A DNA stretch of 63,175 nt, the filler included, from Folioceros fuciformis (Eukaryota): assembly GCA_049999805.1 (NCBI GenBank). It is 15 parts of 15 records of this genome, joined end to end, with 100 filler letters (N's around TTAATTAATTAA, not from the genome) between each part and the next. Parts side by side here need not be neighbours in the genome. Positions count along the whole stretch, not along the records: positions 1 to 7,070 come from JBNGIO010000585.1; positions 7,171 to 13,311 come from JBNGIO010000586.1; 13 more parts are not named here. The stretch is one strand, 5' to 3'. The position numbers were made by a program, and so were the translations under genes. Positions 1-13,110 of this stretch are shown piece by piece; positions within the stretch are counted from its first letter, which is position 1, and each line of letters opens with the position of its first letter. The notes under the pieces were generated by a model. The model was not told the origin of the DNA and made no database searches. It saw nothing but the letters and a program-made list of their open reading frames with translations.

Positions 1-164
1 TCTTGAAGGGAGGCAGAGTCTGAAGGTTGAGCCACTGGGCCCCCCTCTATTATTGGGATTCGTCTTCTTTTGGATCCACAAGCTTCCACTGTCCCTTCCT
101 CTGTGTGGATCTCTTGGGCTATCCCTTCACCACCACCTACAAGTTTGGTAGGGGAGGGTTCCCC

Positions 165-2426
165 TTATTCCTCAACTTGAGGCTCCTTCCCTACGTAGGG
201 TGGGAATGTTCCCTCCGTAGGTAGGGTACCTACCATTCCTACCCCTCCTCTCGTAGGTAGGTTCCCTACGGGAGTAGGTACCCCTTGTTGCGTGCTCTTC
301 CTAGCCCATAGCAGCTCCTCAGGTTCCCATTGCGAGCCCTCCAGGTCCATACTGTTGTCCTCTTGAAAGTTTGTTGGTAGAGGCACTATGTCCAGGGCCT
401 CACGGTTGTCATCATGTGGCCCAAGATACCTTCGCCTTGCCAATGCTGCCAGTTCCTTGTGATGAGCGAGTAGACGTTGGTGTAGGTGGAGGCTGCGATT
501 CTGTTGAGCTAGATCTATGGTATCCATGTCAACAACCCAATCCCCACCCTCGCATCTACTCTTGTAGATATCTCGTTCAGCCTCCATCGCCCCTACCTTC
601 AACTGTAGGTCAAGGTTTTCTTGATGAGTTGCATGAAGCTTGGTCATGCACCCCGTCAAGTAGGCATAGTCAACACGAAACCTACGAGCTTGAACCACCA
701 GCATCCTGTGAATCTTGGTCTGATCCTCAGCTTCTTGTTGTGCTTTCTCCTACTGAAGGTCTTCTAATTGGATGGTCAATTGTTCCCTCTCCACTCGCTC
801 TCGTTGCCCTGCTTCAAGTCGTTGCTAGAGTTCCTGGTTCGCTTTAGCATTCTGTGCCTCCAACTCATCTAGCTTGCCTTGTAAATCCTTTGCAACGTAG
901 ACTTGTTCCTGTTACTGTTCCTCCACCACCTTCCTAGTTTCCTCAGACTGGGTGAGGTCCCTTCGACATGCAATGATCTCATGTGATAAACCTTGTTGGG
1001 AAGTTTGCAACGTGGTCACCTGCTGGGTCAACTTCTCTAGTCCTTGCCTTTGCTCACCATCTTTGAGGAGATACTGTTCTCGCTCCTTTTCCAATTCCTG
1101 CACTTTGGATTCTAGTTGTGCCTGGTTTGCATCCCGACTTATGTCCTCCTGTAGTAGGGTTGCAATCATTGCACGGGCCTCTCCCCAATTGATGTGTTGT
1201 AGCTGTTGGCCACACTGAATGATGTTGCTCCACACTCCCAACGAAGTATCGTTACCTTGGCTTATGGCGTGTGCTCCTCGGGCTGCTTCCCAATTCACTG
1301 GGCTCCTTCTCCCCAAATCTGGTGCTCCACTATGTGCTTGCACTACTGGTGTCATCGCCAAATCCCCTACCTGGTACCTTACCTCAACTATTGGCTGGCT
1401 TGGTCCAGGATCCCTCACTGTCTCCATCTCAGCTGGGGCGGCGGGGGTGGTGACTGATGGTAGCCTTCTGTCCCTTTGCTGCTCCCTAGGTCTTCGTATC
1501 AACGGGGTGTCATCTTCATCAGACTCATCATAAGTTGCCATGGCTGATTCGGAATCAAGTGGGGACTCCTCATCCGTAAGAGGGGTCGACACTCCACCGG
1601 AAATAAAAGCCTCCCCCTGCAACGGGACAACTACAAAAGGTTGTTCCGCCTCCTCCAACTCCTCTTCTGTTAACAACCCTTCTGTCTTCCATAAGTGCAC
1701 CAAGTAAGTCGAGAGGTAGCAAGGACGTGCACTCCCCCCCTCCCTACCGTTCGGCTTGAGCAACTTCTCCCTGTGGTAGGTATACGCCTCATACATAATT
1801 AACCCCCAATCTGGCTTGGCTCCTTGAGTCACTCTCCAAAGGACGTGGAGGAAAGCACTGCTGAAATATGAGGTACGTTGATAGTTCACCAATCCAAGAA
1901 CCACCTTAGTGAACAACCGCCATTTGAGCTCCTTGATCCTCTCAGTCCTGCACCCGTTCTTGATTCTTGCTAGCTCTCCTCCCAACAGCAATTCTAGTGC
2001 CCAAAATGGTAGGGTGGTGTTGGGTGACCTCCGCCCATCTATGGTTTTATCCAGGATCCCAATACCATCGCTCTCCTCTTCCGACCTACCATACACATGT
2101 CGGATGCTCCGGACAGTCCAACACCGAGGGTCAGTCCTCGCGTTTCGTTCAAGTAGGGCTTCCAACTCCTCCTTCGATTGCTGTAGGTTGGTATAGCACT
2201 CCTTTACCAAGCCTTCATGAACATACGACCAGTGTCTGCCATATATCCAGTCAAGCTGGATGTTTGCATCACATGCCCAAGTCTGTAGGTCTATCAAATC
2301 CCTTGAGTTCAGTTGGCCTCCAAAGCAAGAAAAGGACGGAACATTGGTTTGGGGAGAGCTGGCTGCCCTCGTCGGTCGTCCCCTACTACCGGAACCCACC
2401 TGAGTATTGTTGGAGGTCCGCGCCAT
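165..2426 (-). mobile_element. Retrotransposon-type accessory ORF (~753 aa when reconstructed) with globular N-terminus, acidic/Pro linker and coiled-coil C-terminus; interrupted by three in-frame stops
   Basis: ORFs 912..2426 and 165..704 are in the same frame. The stops near 912, 827 and 751 are sense codons in the second copy at 41194-42110. Repeated in the window and intronless. Confidence 0.6.
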
Positions 2427-3060
2427 AGTTGATAGAAGAAAACCCCAAGAATGTCGGTTGCCCTCCTTTACGCAAGGTTATACCCCTACCTCCGTAGGCA
2501 ACTGCTCCCAGCTTCTGTGCAGCTGATTTCACGTCCCTTGCCCGTTTCTCCCTATGGCTCTCACCACAGCAAAGCCCTTTCTCTTTCTTTGAGTCCGCTT
2601 GGTCACAACAAGTAGGTCCCCGGCGTAGGTGTCTTGTCGCACAACTACTTCCTTATTCCCCGCTATGTAGGTAGATGTAGTTCCCTATGTGGAGGTGAGC
2701 ACCCTTTGTTGATGGGACACCTTAGGTAGGGACCCCTTTAAATACCCTCTTGTCGTAGGTATACTTCTATATGTAGTAAGTGCCCTTAATAGATACCCTA
2801 CATAGGTGTCCTCTTTTCTGTAGGTAGCTTGCCCTTCACAACTATATTTCTTATTTGGGTACTACCTCCCACAGAGATATCCTCCCTACGTGGGCATACC
2901 TCCCTATAGGTAGCCATCCCAAAGAAGGTAACTTCTTTATAATACTACCCCTTATTATCGCCACTCATGTAACCTACCAAACCAAGACCAAACAAAACTG
3001 AAAATGTTATTAGCCGCTCCCTACCTACTGCGGGTATTTGCCAAAAACCCGCATTCCACA

Positions 3061-4510
3061 TACGGATTGTGCTACCCCCTATCCATGGAGGACCTCCATC
3101 AAGGATTGTGATACAAGGAGTGCTGTTTGCCTCGGGACTCACTAAGAGCTTACTATCTGTGCGTAGGCTTAGCTGTAGGCTTGGAAGTCGCATTCAAGAG
3201 GTCAAGTTGTGTGATCAAGAACCCACGTAGTGATACGGTTGCTGAACCCACCCTTGGGGATGACAACCTATATCAGCTATCTTGCATCATTCCTAAGACC
3301 ATAAGCAAAAGCGAGGAGCAGCCTGCAAGAGTGAGGGCCAACCTAGCCGAAATCGAGGATGCAAATGAATCAATCTGATTGTGGCATGAGAGATTTGGGC
3401 ACCTAGGAGACTATGACTTGCGATTGTTGGCGAATCACACGATGGTCCATGCACTCATGCTCCGGGGCGACAGTGAGCTGAAGTTTTGCAAAGGGTGTGT
3501 GCTGAGGAAGCACCACAAGGCTCCCTTCGTATAGGGAGGAATTGCCTGAGTGCAAGCAGAGCACCACTTGGATCTAGTGCACAGCAACTTATGCGGATCC
3601 ATGAAGACCCAATCACTTGGAGGGGCACGGTTCTAACATTTGTCAACAACCAAACAACACGGACATGGGTATATTTCCTGAAGTTGAAAGATGAAACACT
3701 CGACTATTTCAAGAAATTCAAGGCGTTGGTTGAAAGGATTGCAAACGACTCATCAAAATCCTTCGGTCAGATGGTGGTGGAGAGTACATGTCGACAACAT
3801 TCAAAGGATACCTAGGAGAACACGGGATTTACCATCAAATTGCCACCCGATCGGAACAAAACTCTATTGTGGAGAGGTTGCATCGGACAATCATCGAGCA
3901 AGCTAGAAGCATCTTGCATGCTCTGAACCTACACAACCAATTTTGGACAGAAGCAGTGGCAACAACGACATACGTTCAGAATCGCAGCCCGACAAAAGCA
4001 TTGAAGGACCAAGGCATCACCCCAAAAGAAGTGTGGATATGGCACAAGCCATCCGTGAAGCATTTGAGGGTCATTTGCTGCAAGGCATACGTACACACCG
4101 AGAGATGAGTGGAGCAAGATGGATGCCAAGTCCATCGAATGTATCTTCCGCAGCTACTGCACAGGCAACATGGCATACAACCTTGTACAACCCACGCGCC
4201 AAGCAGATCATTTAGAGCAAAGATGTCATCTTCGATGAACAGAGAGCACAATCAGGAGAATTGCAGCCCCCATCACTCTAAGCAAGCGCGGAACTACCGC
4301 AAGTCATGCTTGGAGAGAACCCATCGGAGCATATCGACCCCATACCAACAGGAGATCAAGTAAGAGGAGTAAACTTGGTGAGCGAAGAAGAGCCGGACAC
4401 ACCAATCCCAAGTAACTACCAGAGTGATGACGAGGACCCTTGCGATGAGGATACCCACAGAGAAGTAGCACCTCACGCCAATAGAAGCACAAGAGAACAG
4501 CACGGTTAGG
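3061..4510 (+). mobile_element. Degenerate Ty1/Copia pol fragment (end of protease, GAG-pre-integrase, rve integrase)
   Basis: LWHERFGH..CKGC, RTWVYFLKLKDE, SEQNSIVERLHRTIIEQARS, FWTEAVATTTYVQNRSPT, KHLRVICCKAYVH; frameshifts present. Confidence 0.9.
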
Positions 4511-4629
4511 TTGTGGAGTGAAATCTTGTGTCTAGAGACACCGTGAGGTCCACATTCACCCTCTATGTCATTGTAGTCGTATGTCACCTTTGGGACATGT
4601 AGAACGCCCTTTAAAGTGATCTGGTGACC

Positions 4630-5420
4630 CTAGTTAAGTTGCAATCTAATGTCTCCTGTTCCATGGATAGCCAGTCCACTATCATCCCCTAGGAGGATGA
4701 ATTGATTGGTTGTTGTTGTGATATAAGTGATAAACATGTCACGGGACTGACAAATGTGATTAGTCGCCCCAGAATCCAGAAACCACATACGTTTATCCGC
4801 CCTGCTTAGTGAGAGGCAAACAGCTAATATGGCAAGTGCTTTGGAGTTGGTGTTATTTTGTCTAATAGCCACATTCGTGTATGCAGGGCGTCTTGGTTCC
4901 CTTGCCTGTTTCTTCCGGCACTCATTCTCAAAATGACCTGGAATTCGACACCAATTACAAGGGCCTTTCACCCTGCGTGGTGCTGCTGAGATATGGCCTG
5001 GCCCTGAATATGGACGTCGTAAATTAAAAAAAGGTTTGTATCCCCCACGGCCTCTGCCTCTACCTCTAGGGGTATATAACACTTGTTGTTGTGGGTGATT
5101 GGAGGACCGTCCCATATTCACCATGCTGGATTCTTCTTCAAGTAGAGCCTTAATAAGCTCAGATAAGGTATAATTTGGTAATTTCCTCATCAATGAAGCT
5201 TGTGTGCTTACAAAGCTCCGGTAGCTACCCGGTATAGAAGTCAACAGTATTGTTGCAACTGTTGATTGTAATGTCATGTCTTGCAGAGGATTTAGCACAG
5301 AGGGTGCGGAACTTGTTCACATAGTGTTCCACAATATCAGACTCCTTTATACGTAGGGTATAAAAGAGGCGTGTAGAGTTAACCAAGGACATCGGGTCCT
5401 TGGCGGCAAACATGTCAAGG
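4630..5420 (-). mobile_element. Ty1/Copia gag-protease fragment
   Basis: UBN2-type gag (LLTSIPGSYRSFV), zinc knuckle CNWCRIPGHFENEC, protease WFLDSGATNHIC. Confidence 0.9.
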
Positions 5421-5739
5421 AATAATGGTCAAGCGGCGCACTCGTTTTTTGCAAGTGTGCTATATGTGGGGTGGGCGAGTCATGTGTAGCGCTAGTGGCC
5501 TGCGAGAGGGTGAGGGGCGAGGAGAAAATACTTGGATCGCTGATTTCATGCATACGAGGCTGTCGGAGTGCAGCCACCATGGAGCTCTATTCACCCACAA
5601 AACGGGCGCGTAGGATGCTGTGCGAGTACCCACAGTCACGAACACCGAAGTAGTAGGCATCGGGGTGGATTCTAAGATTACGGAGCAGGGTATGCGCAAT
5701 GACTCACGGTAGGTCCCTCTGGAAGCTGGTTCAGGTGGC

Positions 5740-6799
5740 ATGCTGGAGTGGAAATGGGTGGTTCGTACTCTAGTCATGCCTGCCTTCAGAGCACCCTGTC
5801 CTACAAAACCAATCCCGCTGCTCCCACTAAGTACATTGGACATTTTACCCCGGGTTCTGGTCAAGCAGAAGGAGATCTCCTCAATCGCCGTCATGGGGAA
5901 AGTGGCGGGGACAAACCCCGTCAAGTCGGACATCAACGACTATGTGAAGCGGGTAACTGGACAATCACCGGTTTACATCCACATCAAGACATATGGTAGT
6001 TTTCAAGTCAAGATGGCCTCACACAAGCTAGCAAAGGTCCTTGTTAGCAGTGGCACTCATTTCGATGACAAATCTCCAGTCACACTAGAGCCGTGGACCA
6101 CAGGTACTCCACAGGAAAAAACAGACTTCAAACGCAGATTTTGTGGGTTGAGCTCCTAGGCCTTACCCCAGACCTTTTTGAGTTTGCGGAGAAGATGGTG
6201 GCGACGGTCTTCTCTCGGAGTGCATGGCTGCAAGATTTGTGGGAAGGAGCCACTGTTAGATTCGGTGTAAAAGTGAACATCGTAACTGAGGTCCCCGCTG
6301 GTGTCACCATTGAATCACCTGAGTTCCCTGACAGAACCATTGTGCAGTATTTCAACTATCTGGACTTACCTACATGCTGCAGAAAGTGTGGCCGCGCTGA
6401 CCATTTGCAAAGTGCTTGCCCTTTCATCTTGTGGCAATGTACTGGCCTTCCGCCATCAACCAATGTGACCACCATGCCAGGATATTCACTGCCACGCCAG
6501 CACAGGGTAGTTAACAACACAGATATCAATCAGACATGCCGCAGATGGGGTGCTCTGCTGTTTGACCAGCCGGTGGCGGACTTGACCACCATCAGAGTAT
6601 GTATGTTCCTCAAGAAAACTCAGAAGACCAGTGCATTTACTGGATACTGGACAGAGAGCGGTTCATAGCTATCCCATGTGCAATCTTCAAACCCGAAAAA
6701 AACATTGAGGTTGAAACGCAGAAGATGTGGGAAGCAGTGGAGAGCAAGCTTCAGTCTATCATTCAAAAGGAATGCCCTAACTTGGCCCTTGCGCAATAG
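5740..6799 (+). mobile_element. Degenerate L1-type LINE ORF1-like fragment
   Basis: RRM/DUF4283-like segment followed by YLDLPTCCRKCGRADHLQSAC (CX2CX4HX4C knuckle); frameshift near 6100. Confidence 0.65.
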
Positions 6800-7070
6800 G
6801 TTGACAAGGTGATCTCTCATCCAGCTTTTGTTTGAAAATGCCCCCTGGACACTTGGACTTCCCCTTAGGGTTTTATAGACGAAAAAATGTTTAGAAATCC
6901 CCTCGCCAAGTGCGAGACTTGGTGCTTTTTTGTTTTTTTGATAAGATGGATGCGAAAGCGGCTTAAGTTGGGAATGGGCCGGAGTATTTTTGCACAAGAC
7001 CTCCTTGGGTCTTGAAGTTTTAAGGTAGACCAATAACTAGTCTATGGATCAGGTAGGGGAGGGTGCTACT

Positions 7071-7170
7071 NNNNNNNNNNNNNNNNNNNNNNNNNNNNNN
7101 NNNNNNNNNNNNNNTTAATTAATTAANNNNNNNNNNNNNNNNNNNNNNNNNNNNNNNNNNNNNNNNNNNN
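7071..7170. other. Artificial gap linker, 44 N + TTAATTAATTAA + 44 N. Identical linkers start at 13312, 17310, 23122, 28488, 31986, 36067, 40616, 43985, 51051, 52440, 56694, 57898 and 60484.
   Basis: Same 100-nt structure 14 times; the 12-mer puts stop codons in all six frames. Confidence 0.99.
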
Positions 7171-8431
7171 GACTAAACACATTAGTCTAAGCACATTGGG
7201 CTTTAATAACCCTACAACCTCCCACTTAAAGGCCAATTTACCTTCATAGGAGAGTGGTCTACCTCATGCCCATGAGTGTCCGAGCTTGTGCGAATTGCTC
7301 CATAGAGAGCCCCTTGGTAAAAATATCTGTCGGGTTTTGCCTGGTGTGAACTTTGACAAGCTATACCCTCTTGTCTTCCAACACCTCTTGAATGAAGTGA
7401 TACTTCACTTCCACATGTTTGGTCTTCGTATGAAACACTGGATTCTTCGTAAAATGGATAGCACTTTAACTATCAGAATGCAACACTGGCAACTCAACCT
7501 TGATCCCCAAATCTCCCACTAAACGAGCAAGCCACATGGCTTCCTGGCAAGTCTCAGTCGCTGCAACATACTCGGCCTTTGTGGTAGATGGCATTATGCA
7601 AGATTGCAAATGAGACAACCATGAGAGTGCCCCTCCAATGCACATGAAGACATAACCTGATATGGACCTCCTTTTGTCCATATCCCCTGCATAATCAGCA
7701 TCCGTATATCCCATGATAGATGCATCTTCACTACCAAAACATATGCACAAAGCTTTTGTACCATGTAAGTACCTCATAACTCTTTTCACTGCCTCCCAAT
7801 GCTTCTTGCCAAGGTTTGGCATAAACCTGCTAACCACTCCCACTGGGCCCTGGCGCCTGCGCCCACCCGCGGTCCTGGTGCCCCCACGGGGCCTGTCGCC
7901 CTGGCGCCTCCTGCGCCCCCGGTGCCCCGCTTCTGGGGCAGGCACCCCGGGCGGCGCGGTGGCACCCTCCCGAGTGCATCGCGCTGCCGCTGCCCGAGCC
8001 TGAGCACGGCGGGGTTGGAGACCCTTGCACCCTGAAATGCCACACACGGGCTCCCGGATGTTGTCCTCACTTCCAAGCCTTCCTCACAACCTTGCAAACC
8101 TTGTCTACAGCACCCATAGACATGACCATCTTACTCCACAACTTGAGCTCTGATACCAATTGAAGGATTGCTAGAGGAGCCACATGGTGAAGGAGGAAAG
8201 GAGAGGAGAAAGAGGTCTCACTCTCTGTGTCTCAATTGCAAGGGAGCTCAAGGGGGTATTTATACCCTCTAGAAGAGCTCCCAAGGAAGCTTCACAAGAA
8301 GCGCACAGAAAGCTGTGCAAGAAGCTTCCTACAGAATAGCTTAAGCTAATCTAAACAAATGGTACTTAACTAGACACTAATCTTAGACTAAACACATTAG
8401 TCTAAGCACATTGGGCTTTAATAACCCTACA
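7171..8431 (-). mobile_element. Non-autonomous Copia family A element: 5' LTR 8431-8161, PBS, GC-rich leader joined directly to RT end/RNase H, PPT, 3' LTR cut by the gap
   Basis: LTR TGTAGGG...CCTTCA (271 bp); PBS TGGTATCAGAGC immediately downstream; GYTDADYAGDMDKRRS..STTKAEYVA; PPT AAGTGGGAGGT before the second LTR start at 7215. Confidence 0.92.
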
Positions 8432-8499
8432 ATCTCCCCCACTCCCCACCTGTTGCTGATCTCACCGTTCCTTGTGCACTTGTATTGTCATGCTAATAG

Positions 8500-10174
8500 T
8501 TTATCAGAGATAAAAGTTATTGCCTCTTTGCACATGTGGAAGCCGGTTAGAGAAGTCAAGTGGAAGCCGGAGGAGCTAAGGGAAGAAGTCGAATCGAGCA
8601 CCTAGGAATCAGGGGCCACGGGGAGTCAGAGGAGGAAGCAACGGCTAGCAGGAAGTGGAAGGTAGGAGCGGGGCGGAAGACCCCTGCGAAGAAGAGGAAG
8701 ATGGGTGGCCGTGCAGCCAAAATTACGGGAGAGTTGGCGCTGCAGGAGGTCGTTCAGAAGGTGGGCGACAGGCCACTGAATGCACCTCAAGAAACGGTGC
8801 CAGGAGAGGGAGCGGGCCTGGCTGAGGTGGTAGCAAGTTAGGGCAACCGTAGGAGGAAGAACCCTTCCCAGGATGAGAGGGGATTTTCAAGAACGTTCCT
8901 GTGGTGACCAAGCTACAGGAGGCGGATTTGGCCAGAGTGCGCACGCTGCTAGGAAGGCAGATTTTGGACAAAAGGATGGCTACCAAAGGTGCACCATAGC
9001 AGGTGGATTTACCAGGCTTGACTGTGGCCATGGTGCGGGCACAGGCAGATATGCTGGACCAAGTTGCAAGGGCGCTGACTTGGTTGAGCATGTAGGGGCA
9101 GAAGGAGGAAGAGACACAGGCCAAGCTGATTGAGGCCGAAGTGAGTCGACAGCAACTGGAGGAGATTTGACAGACCCTTAGTGCAACCAAGGAACAAGCG
9201 GAGGAAGAAGCACACCGAGCCCGAGAGGAGATGCGGATGTTGAATGAACAGCAGGAGCTGCTCCTGACTCAAGCTAGGGAGGCCCATGGAGCCAATCAGG
9301 AAATGCAACACGAATTGTTGAGGGCCCTGGAGCAGGAAGCGGCTGCAGTGGAAAAAGTGCAGAAATTGGCGGACAGGTATAAGCGGGAGCGGAACGAAGC
9401 TTGAAGTCGGGTGAAGGGAAAAGGAAAGGCTAGGCGAAGTAGCAGAACTGCGACGGAGGTAGCCGAAGAGGCTACTGATCAGAGAGAGACCACGCCGGTA
9501 GAGGATAGCCCAACCAAGGTGGAGGAGGCAGCAACCATCGAGGAGCCCGCAACTGGTAGAGCTGGAATGGCAACCTGCACTAGGAGGATGGGGCAGGGCG
9601 GAGCGGCAGCAAGGGGGATGGAAGATCTTCTAGTGCCATTAGAGAGCAGAAGACAGGCAGTTTGGGATAGCCACGGGAGGAGGGGGTAAGCACCTCATCC
9701 GTAGCAAAAGGCCAGATTGTATTGCAGCATCCGGATGAGGCCACTTATGTTCCTGGCCTCTATGTGGATGGAGACCGTGTGCTAAACTTAACTGTCCATG
9801 TGCGTGTGGAACTAGGAGGGACAAGGGCCTACTGCCTGCAACTGAAGACTTGCAGGGGATCCTTCTTCCACTGTTGTCGAGTGTGGGGATTGCCCCCTTA
9901 CTATTCGGAGGCAGTCCTAGAGGAGTTAACGGAGGAGGAAGCAAGAGCATGGGTGGAGCAAGAGCCTGTGATGGTCCTCAGCAACAGGCGACTAGAGGGA
10001 GGAAGGAGCACCCCTCGACGGGGCCCATCCACACCGCCGCTGGAAGGGTCAAGCAGTAGTGGTGAGGTAGAAATCTTGTGGGAGGATTTGTCTAACCAAA
10101 GGCGAGGGAGGAGGGCTCGAGGTTGGCGGGTAAGAGGAGCGCGACGACCGGACAGGAAGCGAGCGTGGCGATAA
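8500..10174 (+). mobile_element. Degenerate accessory ORF of a probable LTR retrotransposon (basic N-terminal region, coiled-coil, C-terminal 150-aa segment)
   Basis: Successive E/K/Q-rich reading segments broken by stops; runs into a repeat (10050-10400) that is duplicated at 11825-12300. Confidence 0.4.
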
Positions 10175-11788
10175 GATAGGCCATAGTTATTGCATCTTAG
10201 AATAGTAGACTGTAGGATCTGGAGAAGAGGCTTTCTTGGACCTAATGCCACTTATAATTAAGAGGTCCTGCCTGTCCGCAAACTAGAATTAATGGCGGTT
10301 GCGGACCCGCCATCATGTACAAGAGGCCTGTTGGTGCCTCACCGAAGTAGTGAGAAATTGGCATTCCAACCTGTGGAAGCTTGGCAACGGCCGCTGCCGG
10401 ATAGGGAGATCCGGGCAGGCGAGTGCGTGCGGCGTTTCTGGGAGAAGGCGTGGGTGATTTCTCTGCTCCATGACAGGTGGTATCGGGGACGAATCGGCGG
10501 AACTTCCCACCGAGTGGAAGGAAAACTTCCCTTATTCCCGGTAACCCACGTTGTGTGTCGCAGTGGAAGTGAAGGGGGACAAATCCGCCGACCCGCAGAG
10601 TGGAGGGAGAACGATCCTTCCCTTATCCCTGGATCGACTGAGCTATGGCTTGCGGTTGAGGTGAGGGGGACGAATCCGCCCATGAGCGGAGTGGAAGAAG
10701 GGGTGCTCGCTTCCCTTATTCCCTGACTCTTCAACTGCCCCTCAAATACAGTGTTGAGAAGTGAGTGGATGTGAAGACTGACTGTGAGCTATGGTTAAGG
10801 GAGGGCAACGAATCCGTCCACTATGCAAAGTGGACGGAGATTACCTCCTTCCCTTATTTCCCGACTGCCGATTGCAACACGATCTTAGTATTGGTGTGTG
10901 TGCGTGTCTCAAAAGTGAGCGTGGAAGAAGGCGAAGAGAGAAGTGAGCGAGATGAGAAGGAGTGGGTAAAGTTGTGCTGAGGTGAGGGGGACGAATCCGC
11001 CGACCCGCGGAGTGGAGGGGAAGTTTTCCTTCCCTTATTTCCTGAACTGTTGGTTGCAGACGAGTATGCTATGAGACTGAGTGTTTGAGAAGAGTGCTAA
11101 GGTTGAGATTGCTGGAGAATTCCTAGAGAGACCTCGGGCGCTGTGTAACGCTGTTAAACGGATGTGGTGTGAAGGATCACTAAGAAACCACTGGAGAATG
11201 GTGGACGTTGCTGAGGGTCGGAGACCTTCGGGCGCAAGGTTGTGAGGAGTAACTGTACGTTAAAGATTTGGCGTGTGCTGGAAACGCTGTGTGAGTGTGA
11301 GGTATGGCCGCTCCGCAGAACCAGTTTGTCTAAGTGTGTATCTGTGGGTGTGAGGAGTGTTCAATAAACCCCGACCCGCAACTCTGGGGGTTCTTGGCAG
11401 AAACCCGCGATGGTACCTGCGCCGACATATGTTAGTTAGGACTTTGGGTGGAACCCACCATGGTAGTGGAACCCGCTATCAGTTGTGGAAACCCCAACTG
11501 GTTGTGGAGGTGCTAGTGGTCGTGGAGACCACGACCATGGTCGTTGAGTAGGGACCAAAGTCGTAGAGTTGGGACCATGGTAGCTAGACTAACTGCGGGT
11601 TGTGGTAGTTGAACTGGTAGGTAGTAGGGCAGTAGTAGACAAGGCTTGTCCTAGACAAGAGTCAGTATTAGAAGAAACCTGTGTTACTTAGCACAAATCA
11701 TTCCCTTGGGACCGAATCCCATGGCTACAATGACATAGAGGGTTTGTGTGGGCCTCGTGGTGTCCTCGGACACAATATTTTCCTCCAC
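10050..11788 (+). repeat. Long LTR-like repeat, family C, ending ...CCTCCACA; contains the five-module array
   Basis: Terminal ~100 bp matches 57418-57520 and 4512-4580 in reverse orientation; 10050-10400 is repeated at 11825-12300; TATA-like CTTATAATTAAG near 10251. Confidence 0.55.
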
Positions 11789-12329
11789 AATGGGCCCCAC
11801 CCTTGCCCAGCCAGGATAGGTCAGCTAGTAGCAGGAGTGAGGTGGAGATTTTATGGGAGGATTTGCCTAAGCAGGAGCGTGGAAGGAGAGCCCAAGGGTT
11901 TGGTGGCCGAGAGAGGTACACGATGACTAGATAGGAGGCGAGCATGGCGATAGGATAGGCCAGAATTCATTGCATCTTATAATAGCATTTAGTAAGATTT
12001 GGTGAAGATGCTTTCTTGGAACTGATGTTGCTCATAATTAAGAGCGCTTGACTGCCTGAGACTGAACTTAATGGCAGCTACGATCCCGCCGGCGTGTGTA
12101 CAAAGAGGCGTGTTGGTGCCTCACTAATCAGCAAAAATTAGCGACTCATTCCTATAGAGGTTCCCACGCTGTCCATGGCTGGATTGGAGATGTCTGGGTG
12201 GGCAACGTGTGCTTGATGCTCCTAAGAGTGGTTGAGAGTTTTGCCCCGCAGCTGGTGCTAAGGGGGACGAATCAGCAAATTCTCTGATGAGTGGAAGGTC
12301 ACCTTTCTGTTGGAGAAACCACTAGAATT

Positions 12330-13110
12330 TTCTTATGGTTGAGTGGTAAAGTTTAAACATTGACATGATATCGAGGGCTATTGAAGCATAGAGAAGCTAT
12401 AAGTGTTGACACGTCATAGGTGGTCCAAGATAAAATGGAAGCCGTTAAAAGTATCATATGAGACTATGAGCCTCAATATATTTTTAACATGGATGAAACA
12501 TGGTTGTTCTATAGGTTGGAACCGAATAAAACATTGGTAACGAAGAGGCTGAGTGGGAAGAAAACTTCTAAGGAAAGGCTACCTGTTGATTTGACAACCA
12601 ATATGGATGGTAGTTGTAAATTACCACCTGTTGTGATCAACAAATTCTTGAGGCCAAGAGCTTTTACTAGTCACATCATTGGACAAGTGGAGAATCTGGG
12701 TATTCATTGGTCAGCAAACTCAAATGCTTGGATGCCAGTACCTTTATTTGAGCAATTTATTCTCTTTATGTGAACATGAGAGTTAGAGGTTGTACTAATG
12801 TCTTGCTTCTTTTGGATAATGCTCCTATTTATAAACTATTAACTAAGACACATAGTAGGCTTCGAATTACAAGGGTTGAATTTTTCCTTCTAATGTTACG
12901 ACTCGTTACTAACCCATGGATGCAAGCATTATACAGTCTTTTAAGGCTTGTTCGCCATCAAATCCAAGAGATTCAAAATGGTTATTCTCCTCTTTATTCA
13001 TGTATATCATGTTGTAACTATGTTGGAAAAAACTTGGTGTATCGATGTTAAAGGAAAAATCATTAGAAATTATTGGAAACACTCTAGGTTATGGCAAGAG
13101 AGAGCAAGTG
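12330..13110 (+). mobile_element. pogo/Tigger-like (Tc1/mariner superfamily, DDE_1) transposase pseudogene
   Basis: FNMDETWLFY, GKKTSKERL, NMDGSCKLP, NSNAWM, LLLLDNAP; frameshifts present. Confidence 0.9.

Noticed and set aside
7115-7126. TTAATTAATTAA recurring 14 times as a possible biological motif
   Set aside because: Always centred in 88 Ns; an artificial six-frame stop linker
12278-12330. Hammerhead ribozyme candidate (CTGATGA...GAAAC)
   Set aside because: GAAA does not follow a closable stem II, and no stem III with a UH cleavage site can be drawn
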